Positions 1-12,131 of a stretch of 64,000 nucleotides of DNA are shown one piece after another. The stretch's first letter is position 1; every line of letters starts with the position of its first letter. The notes below the pieces were generated by a model. The model saw nothing but the letters and a program-made list of their open reading frames with translations. It was not told the origin of the DNA and did no database searches. The stretch lies in NCBI GenBank assembly GCA_964187785.1, contig CAXLNC010001087.1, positions 186,001 through 250,000 on the forward strand. Direction: 5' to 3'. This DNA comes from Amphiscolops sp. MND2022. Taxonomy: Eukaryota. A program made the translations under genes and the position numbers.

Positions 1-534
1 CAGATATGGGGTCACCGTTGTGCGGTCAGGCACTCAATCGACAATAAAAAAACCTATCAGAGACATGCAAACAGTCTGTGAAGATTGATTCGAAGTATAA
101 CTACTCCAAAATGAATAAATTTGCCGGCTATTAAGCCGCAGTTATTTTTAAAACTACTTGGACCCCATATCCTGTTGTTCGGAGTTCGAGGTACAAAACA
201 CGTATGTGTGAACTTACTCCGGAAGCACCCATGTGAAGTCTCCACATTGTTGGTATAGTCTCTCAATTTCTTAATTGTATTACGATCTCTTGGAACCAGA
301 GATAATGGTACAGATCAAAATGAAAGGTTCAAAAAGGAGACAATATGTAGTACAAAGTGTTGGAAAGGAAGACAGTGTTACCTAGGAATACAAGTACTAC
401 TTCGTTTCCTACTACTTTTAACTTTGTATTGCTTTTTGATGCTTGTTCATTAGACGTGTTGATAATTACCCGATCCGTTTATCGCAGGTTGAATTTTCTG
501 AATTGCGTAGTTAACCAGTCAGCTTGTGATTTAA

Positions 535-1380
535 ATTTATTTTGAAATGGGAGCTTCTAAATGCAAATGTCCACAGGCAAGCGACTTCAAGGACACATTA
601 TTTTGGCTTCGATTTTGGTCCGTGTTCGTTTTTCTATTCTTCTGATGGGGTTTTTGACGTACAAGATGAAATAAAAGACAAAAAATTGGATTGATTCATC
701 TTTATTTTGAAATGGCATGTACTAAAGTCATTTGAGATTTGAATTTTCAGTTTCTCCTTATGCAAGAGATTTCAGGGAAACATTATTTTGGCTTCGATTT
801 TTGTCCGTGTTTATTTTTCTACTTTCTGATTGGGTTTTTGACGAACAACATAAAATAAAAACCAAAAAACAGGATTGATTTATCTTTATTTTGAAATGGC
901 ATGTTCTATATTCATTTGGGGATTTGAATTTTCAGTTTCTCCTTATGCAAGAGATTTCAGGGAAACATTCTTTTGGCTTCGATTTTTGTCCGTGTTTATT
1001 TTTCTACTTTCTGATTGGGTTTTTGACGAACAACATAAAATAAAAACCAAAAAACAGGATTGATTTATCTTTATTTTGAAATGGCATGTTCTATATTCAT
1101 TTGGGGATTTGAATTTTTAGCATGTCCACAAGCAAGTGACTTCAAGCACACATTATTTTGGCTTCGATTTTGGTCTGTGTTTAATTTTCTATTTTTCTGA
1201 TCGGATTTTTGACGTACAAGATGAAATAAAAACCAAAAAATTGGATTGATTTATCTTTATTTTGAAATGGCATGTTCTAAATTCATTTGAGGATTTGACT
1301 TTTTAGCTTCTCCTTATGCAAGAGACTTCAGGGAAACATTATTTTGGCTTCGATTTTTGTCTGGGTTTTTGTTTTTCTGT
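535..1380 (-). repeat. Diverged tandem array (~4.5 units, ~185 bp) of the same satellite as 7492-10868, in inverted orientation
   Basis: Units such as ttttggcttcgatttttgtccgtgttt and atctttattttgaaatggcatgttcta are reverse complements of the 7492-10868 monomer. The ttgaaatgg anchor recurs near 541, 706, 891, 1076 and 1261. Confidence 0.85.
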
Positions 1381-3099
1381 TTTCAGAAACAACCAGAAAT
1401 TTCTATCTCTAGATCTCAAGATGAAGTTCGAGCAATTTCAAAATTCTCAATAATAATTGCTCATTATTATTCCATTTACTTTTCCCAATAATTATTGATT
1501 TACATTTTCTAATTTTCATGCTCACATTTCTTCTCAAGTTAATTTTAGATGGTTCATAATTTTTTTCCAATAGTTGAAGCAATTAAAGCAACAATAGATA
1601 TAAACAAGGTCATCATTTTGATTACTACTCATTGCTTCTTTGAAAGTCAGTTTTATTTCTGATTTCTGCAGTACAATAAATACTGTATTTATATTTTTAC
1701 AGCCCTGCATGGTAATATGAGGAAATGGGAACATCATTTTCTTTCTTCCAATATTCATTCAAATTTCATTCGCTCAACTTTCAACAACTTTCCTCCTTCA
1801 TCTCCGTTTGAACATGCTGTCCTTTCAAGCTCTCATTGCGGCTTATGAGCTAATATTTGCTTCATTATATGCTGCATGTTCACAGTGTGCTTCAGTTCAG
1901 CTAACAGTTAGCTAGTTAATACAGCTAGTTAGCTTTTGTAAAGCGCGAAGTTGAATCTGTCCACCGAATGAGGAACTGATCGCTGATTGGTCAACGAATT
2001 GTGTTTGAAACGCAGGTTGCAGCGGAAAATCATCAGATATGAGGTCAGTAACTTGTCGTTCACATCAAGTGGAAAGCCGAGTTGGTCTGACGTCAAAGTT
2101 TCTTGAATTCTATTGGTTGATTACTTCAGTCGGGAATCATTTTCTCAGTAATCTCTAATTGCGACAGTCAAATCGATTCAAATTGATTGCTTAAAAACTG
2201 CATGCTTTTTCGAGTTTCCATTCTGCAAACTTTTAACTTTCCGTAATTTAACTTTAACTACCATTTAACTACCTAACTTTAACAACCAGTTACATTAAAA
2301 AATACAGTGCAATAGATTACACTTGACATTTACTTTGGTCGCTTGATTCAGACGAGCGCAATCAGCAGAAAGTAAGTCTCACTCTTAAATTTGACTTTCA
2401 AACGTTTTAAACTTCTCTGAATTCATTGATTTTCACCAACTTTTCAATTAATAAGCTGTCCTTGAGTGATCATTATTAACCGAGTTTATTTTTTCATGAA
2501 TCAGGTTAGCTGAAAATTAACACCAATTATTTTATTCGTCTGAAATGAGATTATTTTCAGTTGGTTGATTTCAAATATTTTTTGTCCAATGTTTTCTGGG
2601 TACTCCTGACTAAATGTGATTCCAAGTGACTTCTCCTTACTAAGTGTGGTCCCTGAAAACAGATTCGAAAATCCTCAACAAAAAAGAGTTTTTATATTAC
2701 CATGAAATTTACTTGAAGAATCTTTCAACCCAGCCAATTGGAATATCAAAACTTTAATTCTGTTCTGCCTCCATCAAAAATTTTCAAAGTAGCGCCTCTG
2801 GAAATCATGGAACAAGCCGTAATGATATCAGATTGATGGTGGCAGAAAAGAATGAATGTTTTGATATTCGAATTGGTTGGTTTGAAAGATTGTTCAAACT
2901 AAACTTCATGGTAAAATAAACTCTTTTTATGTTGTGGATTTTCGAATCTATTTTCAGCTGTTCGTTTTTGTAGTTTTGGTATTTGGAATTCCAATATGTT
3001 CCACAAGTCCCTAAAGAACGATTTAATTCACTAAATTGGTAGCTATAAATAATTTTGAAAGACAACCTAAATGGTGCAATATAAATTAATCATTTGCAG

Positions 3100-3499
3100 A
3101 TGACGACAAGAACGCGTAATTTGAGATAGAAAAAACCCACCGATCTAGCAGAGGAATTTGCCAACAGCGATCCAAATTGGCTAGAAATCAAAATTGTGTC
3201 CAAATCCATCGGATTGGGAGTGTTTGTTCTCAAAGAATTCGAGAAAGGAGATTTTATTGTAAACTATCGTGGGCGTCTATCCCAAGACAATAAGGTGGGC
3301 CCTGCGATTTTTGGCATTGAGTGGAGGAACAAACATTGGACCATTGATGGAACGTCGCTGGAACAAAGTATCGGTCGTTTCATAAATGACACCGATCCAT
3401 TTCATAAGCCAAACTGCGAACCCCATTTGCATTCCTTTGAAGAGAATGGGGAGCCATCATGTGTCCTCTGGTTCAAGGCTGTTTCCAAAATTTCCATAG
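3100..3499 (+). CDS. Exon 1: SET domain, N-terminal part (resembles the KMT5A/SETD8 type)
   Basis: LEIKIVSKSIGLGVFVLKEFEKGDFIVNYRG (motif I), IDGT..SIGRFINDT..PNC (NHS-type motif, here NDT). Phase-1 donor GTAAG at 3500. ATG at 3100 is followed by an in-frame TAG at 3127. Confidence 0.88.
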
Positions 3500-4062
3500 G
3501 TAAGCCATTACAAATTATGGTCATTGTTTTGTGAGTTACACTTCACGTTTATACCAGGGATGGGTAAAATAGTATTTCCTTACTATTCACCTCAGAAACA
3601 AATAATTATTAAGAAACCGCTCAAAATAAAGAATTCATTTTTTCGTTCAGAAAAAAGAAATAAACTCTAATTTGCGACAGTCAAAATAAAATACTTATCA
3701 GAATAATTCCGCATTAATTAGTTTCTACCCATTTCTGGTTTATACCGTTTAGCAATTTTACTTTATCGAATTTTACAATAATTTTTCAGTTTCTTTACTG
3801 TAAAATCGCTTTTTTAGATTTCCCTTTTATAATTGATTAACATCAATATTTCGAAATGGCAATTTGAACTGCAAGGCTCCGTAACTTTTCCAAGTTTTCG
3901 ATTACGTTTTTTCAGATAGTTTTCAGTTTTTAATCAGTTCATCAAAATATTCAAAATAAAGGACTAAAGAAGGAGGAGGTGGGCTTCTTAAGGTCGACCC
4001 GGGACCCCTACTTCAGTTGAATTTGTAAGTGCCTGCTTGGATAAATCGTTTTGTCTTAACAG

Positions 4063-5091
4063 GAGACGAGCTGCGGTACAACTACGGAAACAACCTTCAG
4101 CCTTGGAAGTCACGAAGCAATTGGTGCGAGACGGCTAGTGGATGGCAGTTTCTACATAACGTTCCAAACGATGGGTCCTTTCGAGTGGAAATCCCTGGCT
4201 CATTCAAACAATCTCCAGCACTTGACACAACTCTCGTCCCAATAGAAGACAATAACGCGTTGCGTGAAGAAGAGGAGCAGTTTGTTGACTTGTTCGTACC
4301 AGTTCAAAAGAAATTGAGGGGCATGGCTATTTATGCAAGAAAATTTAAAGGAAAAGACGAGGCCCGCTCTGTATCAACGAGAAGCTCAAAACGCAGCAGT
4401 AAAACATCTACACAACCATCTACTTCAAGTACATCTTCAACCAGGTTCTTGGACGAGACCTCTGCGAATAGCACAGATACCGTCAGTGAGACCTCAGCTC
4501 GTTGTAGTGTTTCCTCTAACGTCATTTCTTTGCAATCAGCTGTCCGTATTGAATCAGATCCTTTTACCCAGCGAAGTCAAACTACAAACCAATCAGAAGA
4601 GGTGATGAGCAGCCAAAGTTCGGACGCTGACGACAACTGTGAAGTACAAGAAAATACTGCTACTGAGGCACCTAGTGTTTCTAGAAAACGTCTTCCAACT
4701 TCAATAAAAGGAAAGGCAGCTCGAACAAAGCAGCAGCAAGGAAACACAAAAGTCCAGAGAAAACCAATAACTAGCAAAAGAGTCCAAATTGTTCCGAAGT
4801 TTGCTGGGAAAACAAAAACAAAATGGGGAGTATGGAATGAAGATGATGACTCTGATGAAAATCAACTTTTGACCGATGGTAATCTAACACCGCAAACTAC
4901 AGAATCAAAAAGGCTCAGTGTTATCGAGGAAGAAACTTCGCAATCGTGCACCACCCCCTGCAGAGGAACAAGCCAAATCAATGAAGGTATGGAAAAACTT
5001 GCCGCACCCTCATCGACCACCAATCAACTCCAAACCTCCAACATTAACTTGCAAACTCCAAACCTCAGAAACACAGATCAAACCGAAACAG
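4063..5091 (+). CDS. Exon 2: end of SET domain (GDELRYNYG) and a long Ser/Thr-rich low-complexity linker
   Basis: Acceptor ttaacAG at 4061-4062 in phase 1 completes the SET ELxYxYG motif. ORF 4029-5123. The 3' donor is uncertain; acaG|GGATGT looks like a mutated GTATGT. Confidence 0.75.
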
Positions 5092-5396
5092 GGATGTGTT
5101 TAACAAAGCTTGATTGTTTTTAACAATCCATTCAGAAACCATTTTAATCCCATTGAAGAAAAGACACTTTTTGTAGTTTTTGAGAGTCAGTTTCTTGAAG
5201 TACACGTTCCAAAAACCTTCATTAGCTAAGTCATTTAGAATTCTCAATTTTTACCATCTTTCTTCAAAACGTTGGTAATCAAAGGTGTATTGAAAAAATT
5301 GGTGAAAAGTATTGAAAGAAAGAAACAAATATTTCTCATACCCATTCCATTTCCTTGATCCAAAAAAAACAAAACACCAAACTCATCCGTGTTCAG

Positions 5397-6136
5397 GTAT
5401 TCCATCTGACATTCTTCCTCGAAAATCCTCGACACCATTAGTGCCCCAGAGCCAGACAATTTGCAGTGACGCAGAGGATGAAGAGCAGCAAAACGATAGC
5501 CAGAGTTCTTCAGAAAGTGACACGGAATCAATTGCATCAAGTGATGGTTCGGACGCTGATTTCCAAGTTGATGAAGTGGCTGATGTGGAAAGTTCAGAGG
5601 AAGAATCAGATGAGCAAGAAGATGAAACGACCGTTTCACCTTCGAAGAAAAAGAGGGTTTCGGCCATCAACAAGTGTGAAAAGCCGCCAAAATGTCCGTC
5701 GCTGATTGTTTCGGAGGCCTCAGATAATTTATCAATTGAGCCAGAAACAAGCGTTGCATCCACTGCAACACTGTTCAACGTTCCCTCGCCTCCTAGCAGC
5801 TCACTTCAAGAACCTGATGTCAGTGATTGTGTTGTTAACGCATACGACGCTTCTGCAATTCAAATTCTTCGACTGGGAACAAACAAAACTAAAAGCTATC
5901 CATGTGGTCTCTGTGCTGATGGGACTTGGTTTACGAAGCCACAAAGGCATTTTCTCGATGTCACAAAAAAGAAGCACTTTTTCAAGAAATCCAACGATTG
6001 AAAGAAACAACACTTAACCCAGTTTCCACGAGAGGGGAAGTAGAAGAAGCAAATGAACGCATCAAAGTGCTTCAGACGACGCTTTTAAACCAAGCCGTGA
6101 AGAAACATAACGATCAAGTTATTAGAGAAAAGAAAG
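5397..6136 (+). CDS. Exon 3: acidic linker and C2H2-like zinc finger (YPCGLC...RHFLDV[H]KKE), frameshifted
   Basis: ORF 5312-6001 continues in ORF 5926-6165 after a 1-nt shift near 5965. Phase-1 donor GTGAGT at 6137. Confidence 0.7.
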
Positions 6137-6359
6137 GTGAGTTCTTTTACTACTTTCCAAGATAATACAAGCTCAGTTTTTCGGTTGATGTCTAAAATTA
6201 GTTGATAATAAATTGATTGTTTTGCAAAAATTTGCAGTATTAATAACAACGGTTTTTTGAAAAAAGTTTTTCCGAAAAAGGCAAAACACACGTTTCATAC
6301 AAAATTTCCGCGTTTAAGATTGTATTAAAGTCAATTTCAAATCCATATAATGCTTTGTA

Positions 6360-6845
6360 ACTCAAAACAATTTGAGTGCGGTGGCTATCACATACACCGC
6401 AAAAAAGTATATGCAGTCGACATTTGTTTTTCAATAAATTAATTTTATTTCAAAATATTGCATTGTAACTGAAAACGTATCATGAACGCGGTGACAGGCA
6501 CATAGTGCAAACAAGTATTTGCCCTCAAAAAATATCTTCCATGGAAAATTCACTATAACTCAAAGAAGTGGAAGTGCGGTGGCTGTCACATACACCGCAA
6601 ATGAGTATATGCAGTCAACATTTATTTTTAATTGAGGTACTTTTAGTTCAATAAAACACATTGTACATGAAACCTTATCCTAAGTGCGGTGCCCGACATT
6701 TACGCCGCATACCAGTTTTTGCCCTCGACAACGATTTATCTGATGTAATTAATTTTAACTCAAACTTGTTTTGCTGGCAAGATATGTGGTCGATAATGTG
6801 CGGTGGCCATCACATGCACCTCAAAGAGGTATATGCAGTCGAACT
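6360..6845. repeat. Three ~200-bp-spaced copies of a ~65-bp motif containing the dyad TGCGGTG-N11-CACCGCA
   Basis: Dyads at 6377-6401, 6575-6599 and 6799-6823 (one mismatch), each followed by gtatatgcagtc. Confidence 0.75.
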
Positions 6846-6959
6846 ATTCAAATAAATTTTACCTTATATCCGGATTGGACTGCATACCGGTGCTTAAGGA
6901 AGAAGTATCGACCGCATATCCGGCCTTGAATACAATCTAATATTATCGAAAAGACTATG

Positions 6960-7094
6960 TATAGAAGATAATATGATACAGTATAATATAATATAATGTA
7001 GTCTAATATAACATAATATAAAATAAAATAATATAACATAAAGTAAAATAAAATAATCTAATATAAGGTAATAAAATATAATATAGTATAACAT
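6960..7094. repeat. Degenerate (TATAA)n-like low-complexity repeat running into an assembly gap
   Basis: ataatataatgtagtctaatataacataatataaaataaaata pattern; Ns begin at 7095. Confidence 0.8.
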
Positions 7095-7491
7095 NNNNNN
7101 NNNNNNNNNNNNNNNNNNNNNNNNNNNNNNNNNNNNNNNNNNNNNNNNNNNNNNNNNNNNNNNNNNNNNNNNNNNNNNNNNNNNNNNNNNNNNNNNNNNN
7201 NNNNNNNNNNNNNNNNNNNNNNNNNNNNNNNNNNNNNNNNNNNNNNNAANNNNNNNNNNNNNNNNNNNNNNNNNNNNNNNNNNNNNNNNNNNNNNNNNNN
7301 NNNNNNNNNNNNNNNNNNNNNNNNNNNNNNNNNNNNNNNNNNNNNNNNNNNNNNNNNNNNNNNNNNNNNNNNNNNNNNNNNNNNNNNNNNNNNNNNNNNN
7401 NNNNNNNNNNNNNNNNNNNNNNNNNNNNNNNNNNNNNNNNNNNNNNNNNNNNNNNNNNNNNNNNNNNNNNNNNNNNNNNNNNNNNNNNNNN

Positions 7492-10400
7492 TTTCAAAAC
7501 CTCAAATGAATTTAGAACATGCCATTTCAAAATAAAGATAAATCAATCCGATTTCTTGGTTTTATTTTATGTTGTACGTCAAAAACCCGATCAGAAAAAT
7601 AGAAAAACAAACACGAACAAAAATCGAAGCCAAATTAAATTGTCCCTGAAGTCTAATGCATGTGCACAAGCTAAACGTTCAAATCCCCAAATGAATTTAG
7701 AACATCCCATTTCAAAATGAAAACAAATCAATCCTGTTTTTCGGTTTTTATTTCATGTTAAACGTCAAAAACCCGATCAGAAAAATAGAAAATTAGACAC
7801 CGACAAAAATCGAAGCCAAAATAATGTTTCCCTGAAGTCTCTTGCATGTGAAGAAGCTAAAATTTCAAATCCTCAAATGAATTTAGAACATGCCATTTCA
7901 AAATGAAGATAAATCAATTCGATTTCTTGGTTTTATTTTATGTTGTACGTCCAAAACCCGATCAGAAAAATAGAAAAACAAACACGGACAAAAATCGAAG
8001 CCAAAATAAAGTTTCCCTGAAGTCTCTTGCATGTGGACAAGTTAAAATTTCAAATCCTCAAATGAATTTAGAACATGCCATTTCAAAATAAAGATAAATC
8101 AATCCGATTTCTTGGTTTTATTTTATGTTGTACGTCAAAAACCCGATCAGAAAAATAGAAAAACAAACACGGACAAAAATCGAAGCCAAAATAAAGTTTC
8201 CCTGAAGTCTCTTGCATGTGGACAAGCTAAAAAGTCAAATCCCCAAATTAATTTAGAACATGCCATTTCAAAATAAAGATAAATCAATCCGATTTCTTGG
8301 TTTTATTTTATGTTGTACGTCAAAAACCCGATCAGAAAAATAGAAAAACAAACACAGACAAAAATCGAAGCCAAAATAAAGTTTCCCTGAAGTCTAATGC
8401 ATGTGCACAAGCTAAACGTTCAAATCCCCAAATGAATTTAGAACATCCCATTTCAAAATGAAAACAAATCAATCCTGTTTTTTGGTTTTTATTTCATGTT
8501 AAACGTCAAAAACCCGATCAGAAAAATAGAAAATTAGACACCGACAAAAATCGAAGCCAAAATAATGTTTCCCTGAAGTCTCTTGCATGTGAAGAAGCTA
8601 AAATTTCAAATCCTCAAATGAATTTAGAACATGCCATTTCAAAATGAAGATAAATCAATTCGATTTCTTGGTTTTATTTTATGTTGTACGTCAAAAACCC
8701 AATCAGAAAAATAGAAAAACAAACACGGACAAAAATCGAAGCCAAAATAAAGTTTCCCTGAAGTCTCTTGCATGTGGACAAGCTAAAAACTCAAATCCCC
8801 AAATTAATTTAGAACATGCCATTTCAAAATAAAGATAAATCAATCCGATTTCTTGGTTTTATTTTATGTTGTACGTCAAAAACCCGATCAGAAAAATAGA
8901 AAAACAAACACGGACAAAAATCGAAGCCAAAATAAAGTTTCCCTGAAGTCTAATGCATGTGCACAAGCTAAACGTTCAAATCCCCAAATGAATTTAGAAC
9001 ATCCCATTTCAAAATGAAAACAAATCAATCCTGTTTTTCGGTTTTTATTTCATGTTAAACGTCAAAAACCCGATCAGAAAAATAGAAAATTAGACACCGA
9101 CAAAAATCGAAGCCAAAATAATGTTTCCCTGAAGTCTCTTGCATGTGAAGAAGCTAAAATTTCAAATCCTCAAATGAATTTAGAACATGCCATTTCAAAA
9201 TGAAGATAAATCAATTCGATTTCTTGGTTTTATTTTATGTTGTACGTCCAAAACCCGATCAGAAAAATAGAAAAACAAACACGGACAAAAATCGAAGCCA
9301 AAATAAAGTTTCCCTGAAGTCTCTTGCATGTGGACAAGCTAAAATTTCAAATCCTCAAATGAATTTAGAACATGCCATTTCAAAATAAAGATAAATCAAT
9401 CCGATTTCTTGGTTTTATTTTATGTTGTACGTCAAAAACCCGATAAGAAAAATAGAAAAACAAACACGGACAAAAATCGAAGCCAAAATAAAGTTTCCCT
9501 GAAGTCTCTTGCATGTGGACAAGCTAAAAACTCAAATCCCCAAATTAATTTAGAACATGCCATTTCAAAATAAAGATAAATCAATCCGATTTCTTGGTTT
9601 TATTTTATGTTGTACGTCAAAAACCCGATCAGAAAAATAGAAAAACAAACACGGACAAAAATCGAAGCCAAAATAAAGTTTCCCTGAAGTCTAATGCATG
9701 TGCACAAGCTAAACGTTCAAATCCCCAAATGAATTTAGAACATCCCATTTCAAAATGAAAACAAATCAATCCTGTTTTTCGGTTTTTATTTCATGTTAAA
9801 CGTCAAAAACCCGATCAGAAAAATAGAAAATTAGACACCGACAAAAATCGAAGCCAAAATAATGTTTCCCTGAAGTCTCTTGCATGTGAAGAAGCTAAAA
9901 TTTCAAATCCTCAAAAGAATTTAGAACATGCCATTTCAAAATGAAGATAAATCAATTCGATTTCTTGGTTTTATTTTATGTTGTACGTCCAAAACCCGAT
10001 CAGAAAAATAGAAAAACAAACACGGACAAAAATCGAAGCCAAAATAAAGTTTCCCTGAAGTCTCTTGCATGTGGACAAGCTAAAATTTCAAATCCTCAAA
10101 TGAATTTAGAACATGCCATTTCAAAATAAAGATAAATCAATCCGATTTCTTGGTTTTATTTTATGTTGTACGTCAAAAACCCGATCAGAAAAATAGAAAA
10201 ACAAACACGGACAAAAATCGAAGCCAAAATAAAGTTTCCCTGAAGTCTCTTGCATGTGGACAAGCTAAAAACTCAAATCCCCAAATTAATTTAGAACATG
10301 CCATTTCAAAATAAAGATAAATCAATCCGATTTCTTGGTTTTATTTTATGTTGTACGTCAAAAACCCGATCAGAAAAATAGAAAAACAAACACGGACAAA

Positions 10401-10868
10401 AATCGAAGCCAAAATAAAGTTTCCCTGAAGTCTAATGCATGTGCACAAGCTAAACGTTCAAATCCCCAAATGAATTTAGAACATCCCATTTCAAAATGAA
10501 AACAAATCAATCCTGTTTTTTGGTTTTTATTTCATGTTAAACGTCAAAAACCCGATCAGAAAAATAGAAAATTAGACACCGACAAAAATCGAAGCCAAAA
10601 TAATGTTTCCTTGAAGTCTCTTGCATGTGAAGAAGCTAAAATTTCAAATCCTCAAATGAATTTAGAACATGCCATTTCAAAATGAAGATAAATCAATTCG
10701 ATTTCTTGGTTTTATTTTATGTTGTACGTCAAAAACCCGATCAGAAAAATAGAAAAACAAACACGGACAAAAATCGAAGCCAAAATAAAGTTTCCCTGAA
10801 GTCTCTTGCATGTGGACAAGCTAAAAACTCAAATCCCCAAATTAATTTAGAACATGCCATTTCAAAAT
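7492..10868 (+). repeat. ~185-bp satellite, ~18 monomers, with higher-order structure (741-bp tetramers, one 556-bp trimer)
   Basis: The monomer gaacatgccatttcaaaataaagataaatcaatcc...aatcgaagccaaaataaagtttccctgaagtc recurs throughout. A diagnostic variant (spurious MKINQF ORF) occurs at 7903, 8644, 9200, 9941 and 10682, giving spacings of 741, 556, 741 and 741. Confidence 0.95.
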
Positions 10869-10989
10869 ATCCCTTGAAGATCTCACTCGCATAAACAGAC
10901 GAGTTAGCATTTCTTTAACAAAATAAACGTTGGAATTCAGCGGACGTGACTGGTATGGTAACTGAAGTGTTCAAAAGCTTGTGTTTCAG

Positions 10990-11876
10990 GAATCCTTGTT
11001 CCTGTGAGACTGCCACCCAAAGACGCAGATGTTACAGCAGCCGACTTTACTTTTTGTTTGAAATGCCATGGTTTGTTTTCCAAAAAAGGAATAACTGAGC
11101 ACATGCGTTTGACTTGCATTAATAAAGCACCCGCTTCCACTGGTCATCGTTCGTTCCTAAAAGAAGACGTCCAGTTACTTCTGCTGCAACAAGACACAGA
11201 TTATTCTACCGATCTACAGGAATTGTTGGCAGAGTTGCGAGAAGACCCAGTGGGGCGTGCCATCAAGCAAGATCGGTTGCTTCTCTATATTGCATCAATT
11301 CTAATCAAAAGGCGCAGTGAAGATGACGACAACAAAACAATACGGAACCGACTTCGATATTTGGCAAAGGTAGTTATCCAGTCAGGAAAAGACAACCTGT
11401 GTTCCTGTCTGTTCGCAAATGAACTCGATTCAGTGTACACGGTTCTAAACACATTTACGCCATCGGTGCGAATTCGAATGGGTCAACTCTTGCGAAGCGC
11501 GATGGAGTTAATGAAGTCCATTGCTATAAAGAAGGACGACGTCAGAATGACCCAAGCAATGACAAACTCCCTTGCTGTCCATGATACGGAATTCAAACAT
11601 CAAGTCGGACATCGGGCTGCCATGGAACAAGAAAAAGATAAATTTATGGGCAACTACGACATCTTGCCTCTCAGCAAAGACATCAAACTACTGGGGCAAC
11701 ATCTGGAGGATGAATGTCAACGATGCATCGAGAATTACCAGTCAGGAAAGAAAGATTCGAAGCGTGCAAAGAAAATTTTGGCAAGCAGGGTGGTGCTTTT
11801 CAATAAAAGACGTGGTGGCGAGTTTGTAAAGGCAACACGAAAAGATATTCAGTTTGCAATGCAGTTCCATAGAGGA
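10990..11876 (+). CDS. Exon 4: CxxC...H..C finger, helical core-binding region and first YR catalytic Arg (FNKRRGGE)
   Basis: Acceptor tttcAG at 10988-10989 matches the phase of donor 6137. DFTFCLKCHGLF...EHMRLTC and ASRVVLFNKRRGGEF are present. Donor GTCAGT at 11877 matches the phase of acceptor 12130-12131. Confidence 0.8.
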
Positions 11877-12131
11877 GTCAGTCATGACATTTCAGGTAAA
11901 GATTGAAAAACTGCCAGTAAATTTCAAAAATCTTTCTTTTTTCTGGTTTGAACGAAACTGCAGATAATGTAACGAAAAATCCAATAGACAAATCTAATAA
12001 ATTACTTAATATTAAAGTAAAGTATAGTTCAGTATAGTAAAGTACACTTTTAAAAATGAATCACAAATAAATATAATATAACTTCTATAATATGAGAAAC
12101 AAACCGAATTTCATTTTGGACACTGTTTTAG

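Noticed and set aside
57-266. 69-aa minus-strand ORF at the window start
   Set aside because: No recognisable motif or splice context.
7003-7530. ORFs spanning N runs (also 31531, 31551, 46279, 46375)
   Set aside because: They are open only because of assembly gaps.
7492-10868. Regular repeats suggesting a CRISPR array, and repeated 62-aa MKINQF ORFs
   Set aside because: The units are contiguous ~185-bp monomers with no unique spacers and no cas genes, in eukaryotic context. The ORFs are by-products of the satellite.
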